DNA from: Nemertoderma westbladi | Taxonomy: Eukaryota; Animalia; Xenacoelomorpha | Assembly: GCA_032718475.1 (NCBI GenBank) | Contig: JAUCBJ010008014.1 | Coordinates: forward strand, 1 to 64,000 | DNA length: 64,000 bases | Direction: 5' to 3' | Shown here: positions 16,001 to 29,800 of the stretch, piece after piece | Layout: every line of letters begins with the position of its first letter | Position numbering within the stretch: the first letter of the stretch is position 1 | The notes under the pieces: model-generated | The model's database searches: none | What the model was told of the DNA's origin: nothing | What the model saw: only the letters and a program-made list of their open reading frames with translations | Position numbers and translations under genes: made by a program

Positions 16001-17119
16001 AAGTATATCGTGGTAGAGTAGAGTAGACACGACGGGACACCGCCTACCGATACAGTAAGTATATCGTGGTAGAGTAGAGTAGACACGACGAGACACCGCC
16101 TACCGATACAGTAAGTATATCGTGGTAGAGTAGAGTAGACACGACGAGACACCGCCTACCGATACAGTAAGTATATCGTGGTAGAGTAGAGTAGACACGA
16201 CGAGACGCCGCCTACCGATACAGTAAGTATATAGTGGTAGAGTAGAGTAGAGTAGACACGACGAGACACCGCCTACCGATACGGTAAGTATATCGTGGTA
16301 GAGTAGACACGACGAGACACCGCCTACCGATACAGTAAGTATATCGTGGTAGAGTAGAGTAGACATGACGGGACACCGCCTACCGATACAGTAAGTATAT
16401 CGTGGTAGAGTAGAGTAGACACGACGAGACACCGCCTACCGATACAGTAAGTATATCGTGGTAGAGTAGACACAACGGGACACCGCCTACCGATACAGTA
16501 AGTATATCGTGGTAGAGTAGAGTAGACACGACGAGACACCGCCTACCGATACAGTAAGTATATCGTGGTAGAGTAGAGTAGACACGACGGGACACCGCCT
16601 ACCGATACAGTAAGTATATCGTGGTAGAGTAGAGTAGACACGACGAGACACCGCCTACCGATACAGTAGGTATATCGTGGTAGAGTAGACACAACGGGAC
16701 ACCGCCTACCGATACAGTAAGTATATCGTGGTAGAGTAGAGTAGACACGACGGGACACAGCCTACCGATACAGTTAGTATATCCTGGTAGAGTAGAGTAG
16801 ACACGACGAGACACCGCCTACCGATACAGTAAGTATATCGTGGTAGAGTAGACACGATGAGACACCGCCTACCGATACAGTAAGTATATCGTGGTAGAGT
16901 AGACACGATGAGACACCGCCTACCGATACAGTAAGTATACCGTGGTAGAGTAGAGTAGACACGACGAGACGCCGCCTACCGATACAGTAAGTATATCGTG
17001 GTAGAGTAGAGTAGACACGACGAGACACCGCCTACCGATACAGTAAGTATATCGTGGTAGAGTAGAGTAGACACGACGAGACACCGCCTACCGATACAGT
17101 AAGTATATCGTGGTAGAGT
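4033..17119. repeat. 56-bp minisatellite (51/56/61-bp variants, ~235 copies) with higher-order repeats
   Basis: Unit gcctaccgatacagtaagtatatcgtg(gtaga)2-4cacgacg(g/a)gacacc. Variant patterns recur at ~224-bp and ~2.5-kb periods. Confidence 0.98.
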
Positions 17120-17194
17120 TTGTGTTTAGTAGCTCGCAAGTAACGCTGTGGGGTGTCGTTAATCAAACCTGCGCCTTTTATAGTCAACGCAGTT

Positions 17195-17420
17195 AGCAAG
17201 CAAACAGTCGGCCGAAGCCGGAGGCGACCCGATGGCTCCTCTTTCGATAGCTGCTACCCGAGGGTAGGGGTGGGCGCTACTCCTATCCCAAGATTTGCTC
17301 CCAGTTATTTAACTGGTACTCATTTCATCGACCCCAGTGGATGAAAGGCTGAGTGGACCCTGGCGGCGCTGAACCTACCGGTACAACCAATAGATAGAAG
17401 GTCCTGCGCTCAACCAACCT
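17195..17420 (-). mobile_element. tRNA-derived SINE
   Basis: The - strand has degenerate A/B boxes (TGGTTGAGCG, GGTTCAGCGCC), then CACTCAGCCTTTCATCC...GGGGTCGATGAAATGAGTACCAG, which I recognise as a metazoan SINE central domain, followed by a 3' tail. Confidence 0.7.
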
Positions 17421-17448
17421 TTGTCAACGCAGTACTCGTCTCTATATC

Positions 17449-19983
17449 TAATAACGCTGGTAGGCTTACTCACACATTTATTTAACAAGGCTGGTAGGCT
17501 TACTCATACATTTATTTACCAAAGGCTGGTAGGCTTTCTCACACATGTATTTAATAAGGCTGGTAGGCTTACTCACATTTATTTAACAAGGCTGGTAGAC
17601 TTACTCACACATTTATTTAATAAGGCTGGTAGGCTTACTCACACATTTATTTAATAAGGCTGGTAGGCTTACTCGCACATTTATTTAACAAGGCTGGTAG
17701 GCTTACTCACACATTTATTTAATAAGACTGGTAGGTAGGCTTACTCACACATTTATTTAATAAGGCTGGTAGGCTTACTCACACATTTATTTAATAACGC
17801 TGGTAGGCTTACTCACACATTTATTTAATAAGGCTGGTAGGCTTACTCGCACATTTATTTAACAAGGCTGGTAGGCTTACTCACACATTTATTTAATAAG
17901 ACTGGTAGGTAGGCTTACTCACACATTTATTTAATAAGGCTGGTAGGCTTACTCACACATTTATTTAATAACGCTGGTAGGCTTACTCACACATTTATTT
18001 AACAAGGCTGGAAGGCTTACTCATACATTTATTTACCAAAGGCTGGTAGGCTTACTCACACATTTATTTAACAAGGCTGGTAGGCTTACTCACACATTTA
18101 TTTAATAAGGCTGGTAGGCTTACTCACACATTTATTTAATAAGACTGGTTGGTAGGCTTACTCACACATTTATTTAACAAGGCTGGTAGGCTTACTCACA
18201 CATTTATTTAACAAAGGCTGGTAGGCTTTCTCACACATTTATTTAATAAGGCTGGTAGGCTTACTCACATTTATTTAACAAGGCTGGTAGACTTACTCAC
18301 ACATTTATTTAATAAGGCTGGTAGGCTTACTCACATTTATTTAACAAGGCAGGTAGACTTACTCACACATTTATTTAATAAGGCTGGTAGGCTTACTAAC
18401 ACATTTATTTAACAAGGCTGGTAGGCTTACTCACACATTTATTTAATAAGGCTGGTAGACTTACTCACACATTTATTTAATAAGGCTGGTAGGCTTACTA
18501 ACACATTTATTTAACAAGACTGGTAGGCTTACTCACACATTTATTTAATAAGGCTGGTAGACTTACTCACACATTTATTTAACAAGATTGGTAGGCTTAC
18601 TCACACATTTATTTAATAAGGCTGGTAGACTTACTCACACATTTATTTAATAAGGCTGGTAGACTTACTCACACATTTATTTAATAAAGCTGGTAGGCTT
18701 ACTCACACATTTATTTAATAAGGCTGGTAGACTTACTCACACATTTATTTAACAAGGTTGGTAGGCTTACTCACACATTTATTTAATAAGGCTGGTAGGC
18801 TTACTCACACATTTATTTAATAAGGCTGGTAGACTTACTCACACATTTATTTAACAAGGTTGGTAGGCTTACTCACACATTTATTTAATAAGGCTGGTAG
18901 GCTTACTCACACATTTATTTAATAAGGCTGGTAGACTTACTCACACATTTATTTAATAAGGCTGGTAGACTTACTCACACATTTATTTAATAAAGCTGGT
19001 AGGCTTACTCACACATTTATTTAATAAGGCTGGTAGGCTTACTAACACATTTATTTAACAAGGCTGGTAGGCTTACTCACACATTTATTTAATAAGGCTG
19101 GTAGACTTACTCACACATTTATTTAATAAGGCTGGTAGGCTTACTCACACATTTATTTAATAAGGCTGGTAGGCTTACTAACACATTTATTTAATAAGGC
19201 TGGTAGGCTTACTCACACATTTATTTAATAAGGCTGGTAGACTTACTCACACATTTATTTAATAAGGCTGGTAGACTTACTCACACATTTATTTAATAAA
19301 GCTGGTAGGCTTACTCACACATTTATTTAATAAGGCTGGTAGGCTTACTAACACATTTATTTAACAAGGCTGGTAGGCTTACTCACACATTTATTTAATA
19401 AGGCTGGTAGACTTACTCACACATTTATTTAATAAGGCTGGTAGGCTTACTCACACATTTATTTAATAACGCTGGTAGGCTTACTAACACATTTATTTAA
19501 TAAGGCTGGTAGGCTTACTCACACATTTATTTAATAATGCTTGTAGGCTTACTCACACATTTATTTAATAAGGCTGGTAGGCTTACTCACACATTTATTT
19601 AATAAGGTTGGTAGGCTTACTCACACATTTATTTAATAAGGCTGGTAGACTTACTCACACATTTATTTAATAAGGGTGGTAGGCTTACTAACACATTTAT
19701 TTAATAAGGCTGGTAGGCTTACTCACACATTTATTTAATAAGACTGGTAGGCTTACTCACACATTTATTTAATAAGGCTGGTAGGCTTACTCACACATTT
19801 ATTTAATAAGGCTGGTAGGCTTACTCACACATTTATTTAATAAGGCTGGTAGGCTTACTCACACATTTATTTAATAAGGCTGGTAGGCTTACTCACACAT
19901 TTATTTAATAAGGCTGGTAGGCTTACTCACACATTTATTTAATAAGGCTGGTAGGCTTACTCACACATTTATTTAATAAGGCT
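17449..19983. repeat. 34-bp minisatellite (~74 copies)
   Basis: Unit ggctggtaggcttactcacacatttatttaataa. Confidence 0.97.
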
Positions 19984-22900
19984 TTGGTGGAGCAACTGGG
20001 GGTCTTTTGGCGGTAGGTCGGCTTACTCACACATTTATTTAACAAGGCTTTAGTGGAACAAGTGGGGATCTTTTAGCGGTAGGTAGGCTTACTCACACAT
20101 TTATTTAACAAGGCTTTAGTGGAACAAGTGAGGATATTTTAGCGGTAGGTCGGCTTACTCACACATTTATTTAACAAGGCTTTAGTGGAACATGTGGGGA
20201 TCTTTTAGCGGTAGGTCGGCTTACTCACACATTTATTTAACAAGGCTTTAGTGGAACAAGTGGGGATCTTTTAGCGGTAGGTAGGCTTACTCACACATTT
20301 ATTTAACAAAGGCTTTTGTGGAGCAAGTGGGGTTCTTTTAGCGGTAGGTAGGCTTACTCACACATTTATTTAACAAGGCTTTGGTGGAGCAAGTGGGGGT
20401 TTTTTGGCGGTAGGTAGGCTTACTCACACATTTATTTAACAAAGGCTTTGGTGGAGCAAGTGGGGTTCTTTTAGCGGTAGGTAGGCTTACTCACACATTT
20501 ATTTAACAAGGCTTTAGTGGAACAAGTGGGGATCTTTTAGCGGTAGGTAGGCTTACTCACACATTTATTTAACAAGGCTTTGGTGGAGCAAGTGGGGGTT
20601 TTTTGGCGGTAGGTAGGCTTACTCACACATTTATTTAACAAAGGCTTTGGTGGAGCAAGTGGGGTTCTTTTAGCGGTAGGTAGGCTTACTCACACATTTA
20701 TTTAACAAGGCTTTAGTGGAACAAGTGAGGATATTTTAGCGGTAGGTCGGCTTACTCACACATTTATTTAACAAGGCTTTAGTTGAACAAGTGGGGATCT
20801 TTTAGCGGTAGGTAGGCTTACTCACACATTTATTTAACAAGGCTTTGGTGGAGCAAGTGGGGGTCTTTTGGCGGTAGGTAGGCTTACTCACACATTTATT
20901 TAACAAAGGCTTTGGTGGAGCAAATGGGGTTCTTTTAGCGGTAGGTAGGCTTACTCACACATTTATTTAACAAGGCTTTAGTGGAACAAGTGAGGATATT
21001 TTAGCGGTAGGTCGGCTTACTCACACATTTATTTAACAAGGCTTTAGTGGAACAAGTGGGGATCTTTTAGCGGTAGGTCGGCTTACTCACACATTTATTT
21101 AACAAGGCTTTAGTGGAACAAGTGAGGATATTTTAGCGGTAGGTAGGCTTACTCACACATTTATTTAACAAGGCTTTAGTGGAACAAGTGAGGATATTTT
21201 AGCGGTAGGTCGGCTTACTCACACATTTATTTAACAAGGCTTTAGTGGAACAAGTGAGGATATTTTAGCGGTAGGTCGGCTTACTCACACATTTATTTAA
21301 CAAGGCTTTAGTGGAACAAGTGAGGATATTTTAGCGGTAGGTAGGCTTACTCACACATTTATTTAACAAAGGCTTTGGTGGAGCAAGTGGGGTTCTTTTA
21401 GCGGTAGGTAGGCTTACTCACACATTTATTTAACAAGGCTTTGGTGGAGCAAGTGGGGGTTTTTTGGCGGTAGGTAGGCTTACTCACACATTTATTTAAC
21501 AAAGGCTTTGGTGGAGCAAGTGGGGTTCTTTTAGCGGTAGGTAGGCTTACTCACACATTTATTTAACAAGGCTTTGGTGGAGCAAGTGGGGGTTTTTTGG
21601 CGGTAGGTAGGCTTACTCACACATTTATTTAACAAAGGCTTTGGTGGAGCAAGTGGGGTTCTTTTAGCGGTAGGTAGGCTTACTCACACATTTATTTAAC
21701 AAGGCTTTGGTGGAGCAAGTGGGGGTTTTTTGGCGGTAGGTAGGCTTACTCACACATTTATTTAACAAGGCTTTAGTGGAACAAGTGAGGATATTTTAGC
21801 GGTAGGTCGGCTTACTCACACATTTATTTAACAAGGCTTTAGTGGAACAAGTGAGGATATTTTAGCGGTAGGTAGGCTTACTCACACATTTATTTAACAA
21901 GGCTTTAGTGGAACAAGTGAGGATATTTTAGCGGTAGGTCGGCTTACTCACACATTTATTTAACAAGGCTTTGGTGGAACAAGTGGGGATCTTTTAGCGG
22001 TAGGTAGGCTTACTCACACATTTATTTAACAAGGCTTTGGTGGAGCAAGTGGGGATCTTTTTGTGGTAGGTCGGCTTACTCACACATTTATTTAACAAGG
22101 CTTTAGTGGAACAAGTGGGGATCTTTTAGCGGTAGGTAGGCTTACTCACACATTTATTTAACAAGGCTTTAGTGGAACAAGTGAGGATATTTTAGCGGTA
22201 GGTCGGCTTACTCACACATTTATTTAACAAGGCTTTGGTGGAACAAGTGGGGGTCTTTTAGCGGTAGGTAGGCTTACTCACACATTTATTTAACAAGGCT
22301 TTGGTGGAGCAAGTGGGGATCTTTTTGTGGTAGGTCGGCTTACTCACACATTTATTTAACAAGGCTTTAGTGGAACAAGTGGGGATCTTTTAGCGGTAGG
22401 TAGGCTTACTCACACATTTATTTAACAAGGCTTTAGTGGAACAAGTGGGGATCTTTTAGCGGTAGGTAGGCTTACTCACACATTTATTTAACAAGGCTTT
22501 GGTGGAGCAAGTGGGGATCTTTTTGTGGTAGGTCGGCTTACTCACACATTTATTTAACAAGGCTTTAGTGGAACAAGTGGGGATCTTTTAGCGGTAGGTC
22601 GGCTTACTCACACATTTATTTAACAAGGCTTTGGTGGAGCAAGTGGGGATCTTTTTGTGGTAGGTCGGCTTACTCACACATTTATTTAACAAGGCTTTAG
22701 TGGAACAAGTGGGGATCTTTTAGCGGTAGGTAGGCTTACTCACACATTTATTTAACAAGGCTTTAGTGGAACAAGTGAGGATATTTTAGCGGTAGGTCGG
22801 CTTACTCACACATTTATTTAACAAGGCTTTGGTGGAACAAGTGGGGGTCTTTTAGCGGTAGGTAGATTTACAGTACATATACATTTCTTTAGTGGAACAA

Positions 22901-24492
22901 GTGGGGATCTTTTAGCGGTAGGTCGGCTTACTCACACATTTATTTAACAAGGCTTTGGTGGAACAAGTGAGGATATTTTAGCGGTAGGTAGGCTTACTCA
23001 CACATTTATTTAACAAGGCTTTAGTGGAACAAGTGAGGATATTTTAGCGGTAGGTCGGCTTACTCACACATTTATTTAACAAGGCTTTGGTGGAGCAAGT
23101 GGGGATCTTTTTGTGGTAGGTCGGCTTACTCACACATTTATTTAACAAGGCTTTAGTGGAACAAGTGGGGATCTTTTAGCGGTAGGTAGGCTTACTCACA
23201 CATTTATTTAACAAGGCTTTAGTGGAACAAGTGAGGATATTTTAGCGGTAGGTCGGCTTACTCACACATTTATTTAATAAGGCTGGTAGGCTTACTCACA
23301 CATTTATTTAATAAGGCTGGTAGGCTTACTCACACATTTATTTAATAAGGCTTTGGTGGAGCAACTGGGGGTCTTTTAGCGGTAGGTCGGCTTACTCACA
23401 CATTTATTTAACAAGGCTTTAGTGGAACAAGTGAGGATATTTTAGCGGTAGGTCGGCTTACTCACACATTTATTTAATAAGGCTGGTAGGCTTACTCACA
23501 CATTTATTTAATAAGGCTGGTAGGCTTACTCACACATTTATTTAATAAGGCTTTGGTGGAGCAACTGGGGGTCTTTTAGCGGTAGGTCGGCTTACTCACA
23601 CATTTATTTAACAAGGCTTTAGTGGAACAAGTGAGGATATTTTAGCGGTAGGTAGGCTTACTCACACATTTATTTAACAAGGCTTTAGTGGAACAAGTGA
23701 GGATATTTTAGCGGTAGGTCGGCTTACTCACACATTTATTTAACAAGGCTTTGGTGGAACAAGTGGGGATCTTTTAGCGGTAGGTCGGCTTACTCACACA
23801 TTTATTTAACAAGGCTTTGGTGGAGCAAGTGGGGATCTTTTTGTGGTAGGTCGGCTTACTCACACATTTATTTAACAAGGCTTTAGTGGAACAAGTGGGG
23901 ATCTTTTAGCGGTAGGTAGGCTTACTCACACATTTATTTAACAAGGCTTTAGTGGAACAAGTGAGGATATTTTAGCGGTAGGTCGGCTTACTCACACATT
24001 TATTTAACAAGGCTTTGGTGGAACAAGTGGGGGTCTTTTAGCGGTAGGTAGATTTACAGTACATATACATTTCTTTAGTGGAACAAGTGGGGATCTTTTA
24101 GCGGTAGGTCGGCTTACTCACACATTTATTTAACAAGGCTTTGGTGGAACAAGTGGGGGTCTTTTAGCGGTAGGTAGATTTACAGTACATATACATTTCT
24201 TTAGTGGAACAAGTGGGGATCTTTTAGCGGTAGGTCGGCTTACTCACACATTTATTTAACAAGGCTTTAGTGGAACAAGTGGGGATCTTTTAGCGGTAGG
24301 TAGGCTTACTCACACATTTATTTAACAAGGCTTTGGTGGAACAAGTGGGGGTCTTTTAGCGGTAGGTAGATTTACAGTACATATACATTTCTTTAGTGGA
24401 ACAAGTGGGGATCTTTTAGCGGTAGGTCGGCTTACTCACACATTTATTTAACAAGGCTTTAGTGGAACAAGTGGGGGTCTTTTTGTGGTAGG
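19977..24492. repeat. 66-bp minisatellite (~68 copies), equal to the 34-bp unit plus a 32-bp block
   Basis: Unit gctttagtggaacaagtggggatcttttagcg+gtaggt(a/c)ggcttactcacacatttatttaacaag. Confidence 0.97.
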
Positions 24493-24873
24493 TATGTCTG
24501 TATGTAGGTCTACATACATATTTATCTTGGGTGGAATAAATGGAATGCCTTCGGCGGGGGAAACTAATTTGTTTGGAAAAAGTAACTTCTATATTATTAT
24601 TATTATTAATGAATAATTTGATGAACTCTGTAGTTTTAACAATGTAACTTGGCAGAGGATACGGATGTCAGAGAGGAGTTGAGACGCAGAGAGGTTACAG
24701 CAGTAAATTTTGCAAACAGTCAAACAGAATCTTGAATGGCACCAATCATACTTACAGTAGAACGCAATTATCAGGTTTTGGTAAAACTTTAACAGCAAAA
24801 GTTAATTGTAAGTGTAGTTAGAACTTCAGTGGCTCTACAAACACATTGATTCTACATTAAATAACAAACTTAC

Positions 24874-24978
24874 ATTGTCTCTTTCAACCAATTCGGTTGA
24901 GTTCCCAGGGCTCTCTCCCAAACACTCCACAGCAGCAAGAGCTGCAAGAGTTAAAAGTAGAAGAGTTTCCTTGAACAT
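24874..24978 (-). CDS. Candidate first coding exon of a secreted protein: MFKETLLLLTLAALAAVECLGESPGNSTELVERDN
   Basis: ATG, signal-peptide-like n/h/c regions and a perfect AAT|GTAAGT donor. A TATA-like motif lies near 25195 on the - strand. Downstream exons are uncertain. Confidence 0.45.
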
Positions 24979-25611
24979 AGTGACCGTCACTAGTTTTTTA
25001 GTTAGTAGTCTGTTATTTTTAGTTTTTTAGTTTACAAAATACTTCAAGCACTAAAATACAATATTCTGCGAATGAATATAACGACACTAACACGCCATAC
25101 TTAAACTGTATAAAACGCAACCTAATAAACATTAAATACCAGCTGCTGCTTAGTGGAAGCAAAGTAGCGCAATGTTAGTAAATGGAGCGGCTTATATGAA
25201 TAAATAATTGGTGTGTTTTATGAAATAAAGTAACGGACTGATAGACCAACACAAACTCTCCTAATAAAAAGGTGCCTTAGAGACAAGCCGTTACATCTAC
25301 GGATATTGGTTTCGGTGAACAGGAAAGAGCAAATAATTTATATGAAAAAATAGTTGGAATTCCTACTTGGTGAGGTACAGTACCCATGCACAGCTACAGT
25401 ACTGCAGTATACAGTTGATGTATAGCCGCATAATAGAAGGCAATATACAGTATGACTAATACATTGCATTGGAGATTATACGGTATGAATCCATCTGGAT
25501 AGGATTAATCAACCCGATTTTAGCCAATTTGCTGATTGTATATTTGTTACGGTAGCGGAGTTGTGCGCTTGCGCGCGCACCGTAAGCGTAGGATTGCGCA
25601 ACTATCGTACT

Positions 25612-26504
25612 ACGTGTGGCTAAGTCACACGAATAGTTCCCAAAAGGCACTTTGGCATTTTTTCCAGGTACCTAAATAATTGCAACCAGCGTAAATGCCA
25701 AAATGCCAGAGTGCTTTTTGGGAACTGTAGTATAAATCCTTAAGATATTCTTTCGCCCACGTCACCGGGGGTATCATATTGATTGTTAAGAAGATATTGT
25801 TAAGAACGACCAAACTCGCGGTGACAAATTAATAATATTAATAACAAATTAATTAATTAAATTAAACTGTGTGCAAATTTTCGACCAACAGGTCTTTTAC
25901 GAGCACAAAATAAATAAATAAATGGTGTATGATTACTGGTATAAAGGATAAACCGTATTACGAGAAACTAGCGGGAATTTTGAAATATTTGAAATATTGC
26001 CAGAAACTGGCGGGAATTTTGAAATATGAAATGTGAAATATTACCGGTATTTTATTTTTGATAGTAATCAGCTGTTATTTGCGTCGAATTTCCCCTGGAG
26101 AGGGATTAATTTTTATTGCGTTGAAAGTCCCCCCTATCTGCAGTCAATACTGCGAATTAATATTAATACTATGTTGAACTACAATAACTAAGTAATACTT
26201 TATCAATTAAATATTACTGTATGTTATGGAGTACATTATATGGCCTACACACTTTACACTTATACAGCCAACGGTTCTTAAAAAGGATAAAGTTCTTTAG
26301 GCCAACCCAACCCGGATCTCAGCGAATAATGAATTTCAACTAAATGCCATAATGTCTTTGGGGAACTGTTATAATCATTCTACAGTTCCCCAAAAGCACT
26401 CTGGCATTTTGGCATTTACGCTGGTTGCAATTATTTAGGTACCTGGAAAATGCCAAAATGCCAAAGTGCCTTTTGGGAACTATTCGTGTGACTTAGCCAC
26501 ACGT
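25612..26504. mobile_element. MITE / non-autonomous DNA transposon with ~120-bp TIRs and 8-9-bp TSD
   Basis: acgtgtggctaagtcacacgaatagttcccaaaaggcac... (25612-25730) is inverted at 26380-26504. tatcgtact occurs at 25603-25611 and 26504-26512. Confidence 0.9.
26065..26140. repeat. Short dispersed repeat (second copy at 39646-39754)
   Basis: taatcagctgttatttgcgtc.aatttccc.tggagagg...ttattgcgt...agtccccc...cctatctg in both places. Confidence 0.7.
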
Positions 26505-26688
26505 ATCGTACTCGGGCAGCTAGTATGGATTGTTCATAGAGTTATTGAGGTTAAAAGAGTTCGATGTTTCTGTAGACTATAGTACTGTAGTATGTATTTT
26601 GTTTGTTGAAAGTGAATAATAGATAACTTAACTGATTATTGTGATCAATGATTTTTAACTTTACTAATAGATATTACACCATACTTAG

Positions 26689-26814
26689 CTGACTTGGTAC
26701 CGTATTGACCTGACCATCTTGACCGGTACAAAACGTCCTATAGAAGACATTTTAGAGAAAATGAGCAAAGAAAATATGGCGACAGTGTCAAGTAAAACTG
26801 AACGGACACAGACG
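26689..26814 (+). CDS. aGPCR candidate exon (GAIN region): LTWYRIDLTILTGTKRPIEDILEKMSKENMATVSSKTERTQT
   Basis: cttag acceptor, open 126-nt phase 0-0 frame, acg|gtgact donor. Phase fits the next exon, but motif support is weak. Confidence 0.5.
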
Positions 26815-29800
26815 GTGACTCAATTTAACTTATATTCGATATACAGTAGTACATGATTAAAATGTATAAATGAGTATCCATAAAATCCTTTCTTAACAAA
26901 CCGAACGCTGATAAGTTGAGATAATGTAACAAAATTACATACAACATTGCTTGCAAAGGTCACTTTTCAGCGTTAAAGACCCTTGTTTATTTATGTAAAC
27001 CTCCCACGCTGCGCTCGCTCGGTACATAAATAAACTCGGGTCATAACGCTGCAAAGCGCTACTTTGCACACAATTATGTGAATAGTTATATTTACCGGAG
27101 TTTTTTTACTTTTATGCTACTCCAGTACCAGCAAACAGATGTGTAAGGTTCCATTGGATTTATTTCTATATAGGTTATTATAGTTTACAAACTGCGACCA
27201 CAGGATGTTACCGAGCCCGTTGTAATTCCTCCTAAAGGCCTAGTTACCGAGAGAGACGGAGTCAACATTCCCGCTTCTGTTATATCAACTATTTCCGCTC
27301 AGTATGTCACTGTCGTTGGTTCGTTCTTCCCGACATTGGAAGCGGCGGATCACAAAAGGTTATATTAGTGCAGAATTAGTTTCAGTTTCAGTTTAATTTG
27401 AGATATTAATTAAATTGGTTCGCACATTTTTATCCCATATTTTGTGTATTTCGTTTTTGTACCGTTATAGGGCTTATTTCTGTCAAAAAAACGTATGTTT
27501 GTTTGTCTTTCTGTATGTTTGTTGCACATCGATATTGGCTTGACATATTTTTGGTAAAGTCTGATTTCAGCGTACCCTGTCATCCGACATATGGATTATG
27601 TTATATCGTTCAATCGTTGTATGCAGTTCACCAAACTGTACAATCATATTAAAACAAACTCCAAGATCGGTTCTCGAGATATCATAAAATTATATTCAAT
27701 TATAGAAGACCGTTAGGGCTTACTTGTTAAGATGTGTGCCGCTATAACTCTGTCAAACTGTATCAAACTTATCGACAACAGTTACGTAATCGATAATTTC
27801 TTGTTCTTTTGATAAAATTGTTTGGATTTAGAAGATTTGAAGTTTGGATAAATTTGTATTCAGAATAAGTTTTATGAGAATAAGTTTTTAGAATTTTGAG
27901 TAAAAATTAAATTATTTAATTTAGCAATGAAACCGTGGCTACTAAAGTAATCTCTTTAACGATAGATCCACCACCCAACACCCCGTTAGAAGACCCAATA
28001 TCGTATCGGCTGGAACTTCTAACTCCAAAAGGTAAGTAATTAGCACAAACCTTAACAAATCGGTAATTGGACTCAATCAGAACCAAAAAGGAAGGCAAAA
28101 TCGGTACGTTATGTTTAAAGATATCAAAGAAATTTAAGAAAATATATGATATGGGTTTAATCTCAGAAACTTTCGGTTGTACTCATAGACTACTCAGCGG
28201 TATAGAACAGACGTGATCCAATTACAATGTCTGTATGTTAATGTTTGTGTAAATACTACAAGTACGAAAATCCTAACTGTAAACTTAGATAACTGTAAAC
28301 TTTCCTTTATTTGCTTTGTGTTCATTTGTTGGGTGGCCTTGTTTGTCACGCAGAAAACAACTGGCATCTAAAATAACTACTCTAATATACTAAATATTTT
28401 ACCAAGGCTACGAAAATCCATTGGAATCAAAGCTCTGACTATCAGATGATATATTTCCAGAGCCTCTGTTAAATATCAGCCCCTGTCGGTATGCTACAAC
28501 AATACACACACAGATGTTTCATATAGCATAATATATATTGTTCACTTAGCAAACAAGGCATTGTACAACCTCTAGAACAAAATCTAATTACCAAAACCCA
28601 GCACCACCCTGCAGCTACTACGGATGTGACCTCCCGACCACTCCCACCGTTGAACTGATGTATCCTATTGGTAGTGGCCGATATATTCGGACCTCCCGAC
28701 CACTCCCACCGTTGAACTGATGTATCCTATTGGTAGTGGCCGATATATTCGGACCTCCCGACCACTCCCACCGTTGAACTGATGTATCCTATTGGTAGTG
28801 GCCGATATATTCGGACCTCCCGACCACTCCCACCGTTGAACTGATGTATCCTATTGGTAGTGGCCGATATATTCGGACCTCCCGACCACTCCCACCGTTG
28901 AACTGATGTATCCTATTGGTAGTGGCCGATATATTCGGACCTCCCGACCACTCCCACCGTTGAACTGATGTATCCTATTGGTAGTGGCCGATATATTCGG
29001 ACCTCCCGACCACTCCCACCGTTGAACTGATGTATCCTATTGGTAGTGGCCGATATATTCGGACCTCCCGACCACTCCCACCGTTGAACTGATGTATCCT
29101 ATTGGTAGTGGCCGATATATTCGGACCTCCCGACCACTCCCACCGTTGAACTGATGTATCCTATTGGTAGTGGCCGATATATTCGGACCTCCCGACCACT
29201 CCCACCGTTGAACTGATGTATCCTATTGGTAGTGGCCGATATATTCGGACCTCCCGACCACTCCCACCGTTGAACTGATGTATCCTATTGGTAGTGGCCG
29301 ATATATTCGGACCTCCCGACCACTCCCACCGTTGAACTGATGTATCCTATTGGTAGTGGCCGATATATTCGGACCTCCCGACCACTCCCACCGTTGAACT
29401 GATGTATCCTATTGGTAGTGGCCGATATATTCGGACCTCCCGACCACTCCCACCGTTGAACTGATGTATCCTATTGGTAGTGGCCGATATATTCGGACCT
29501 CCCGACCACTCCCACCGTTGAACTGATGTATCCTATTGGTAGTGGCCGATATATTCGGACCTCCCGACCACTCCCACCGTTGAACTGATGTATCCTATTG
29601 GTAGTGGCCGATATATTCGGACCTCCCGACCACTCCCACCGTTGAACTGATGTATCCTATTGGTAGTGGCCGATATATTCGGACCTCCCGACCACTCCCA
29701 CCGTTGAACTGATGTATCCTATTGGTAGTGGCCGATATATTCGGACCTCCCGACCACTCCCACCGTTGAACTGATGTATCCTATTGGTAGTGGCCGATAT

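Noticed and set aside
3973-17028. Dozens of - strand ORFs (MSRRVYSTLPRYTYC...)
   Set aside because: These are translations of the 56-bp minisatellite. The unit is not a multiple of 3, frames shift constantly and no domain is recognisable.
19977-24492. CRISPR-like pattern (constant 34 bp plus variable 32 bp)
   Set aside because: The 32-bp blocks are point variants of one sequence, not unique spacers. The context is eukaryotic and intron-containing, with no cas genes.
28461-28488. Possible extra aGPCR mini-exon (tttccag|...|gtatgc)
   Set aside because: 28 nt would shift the frame, and exons 28031 and 35622 already join in phase.
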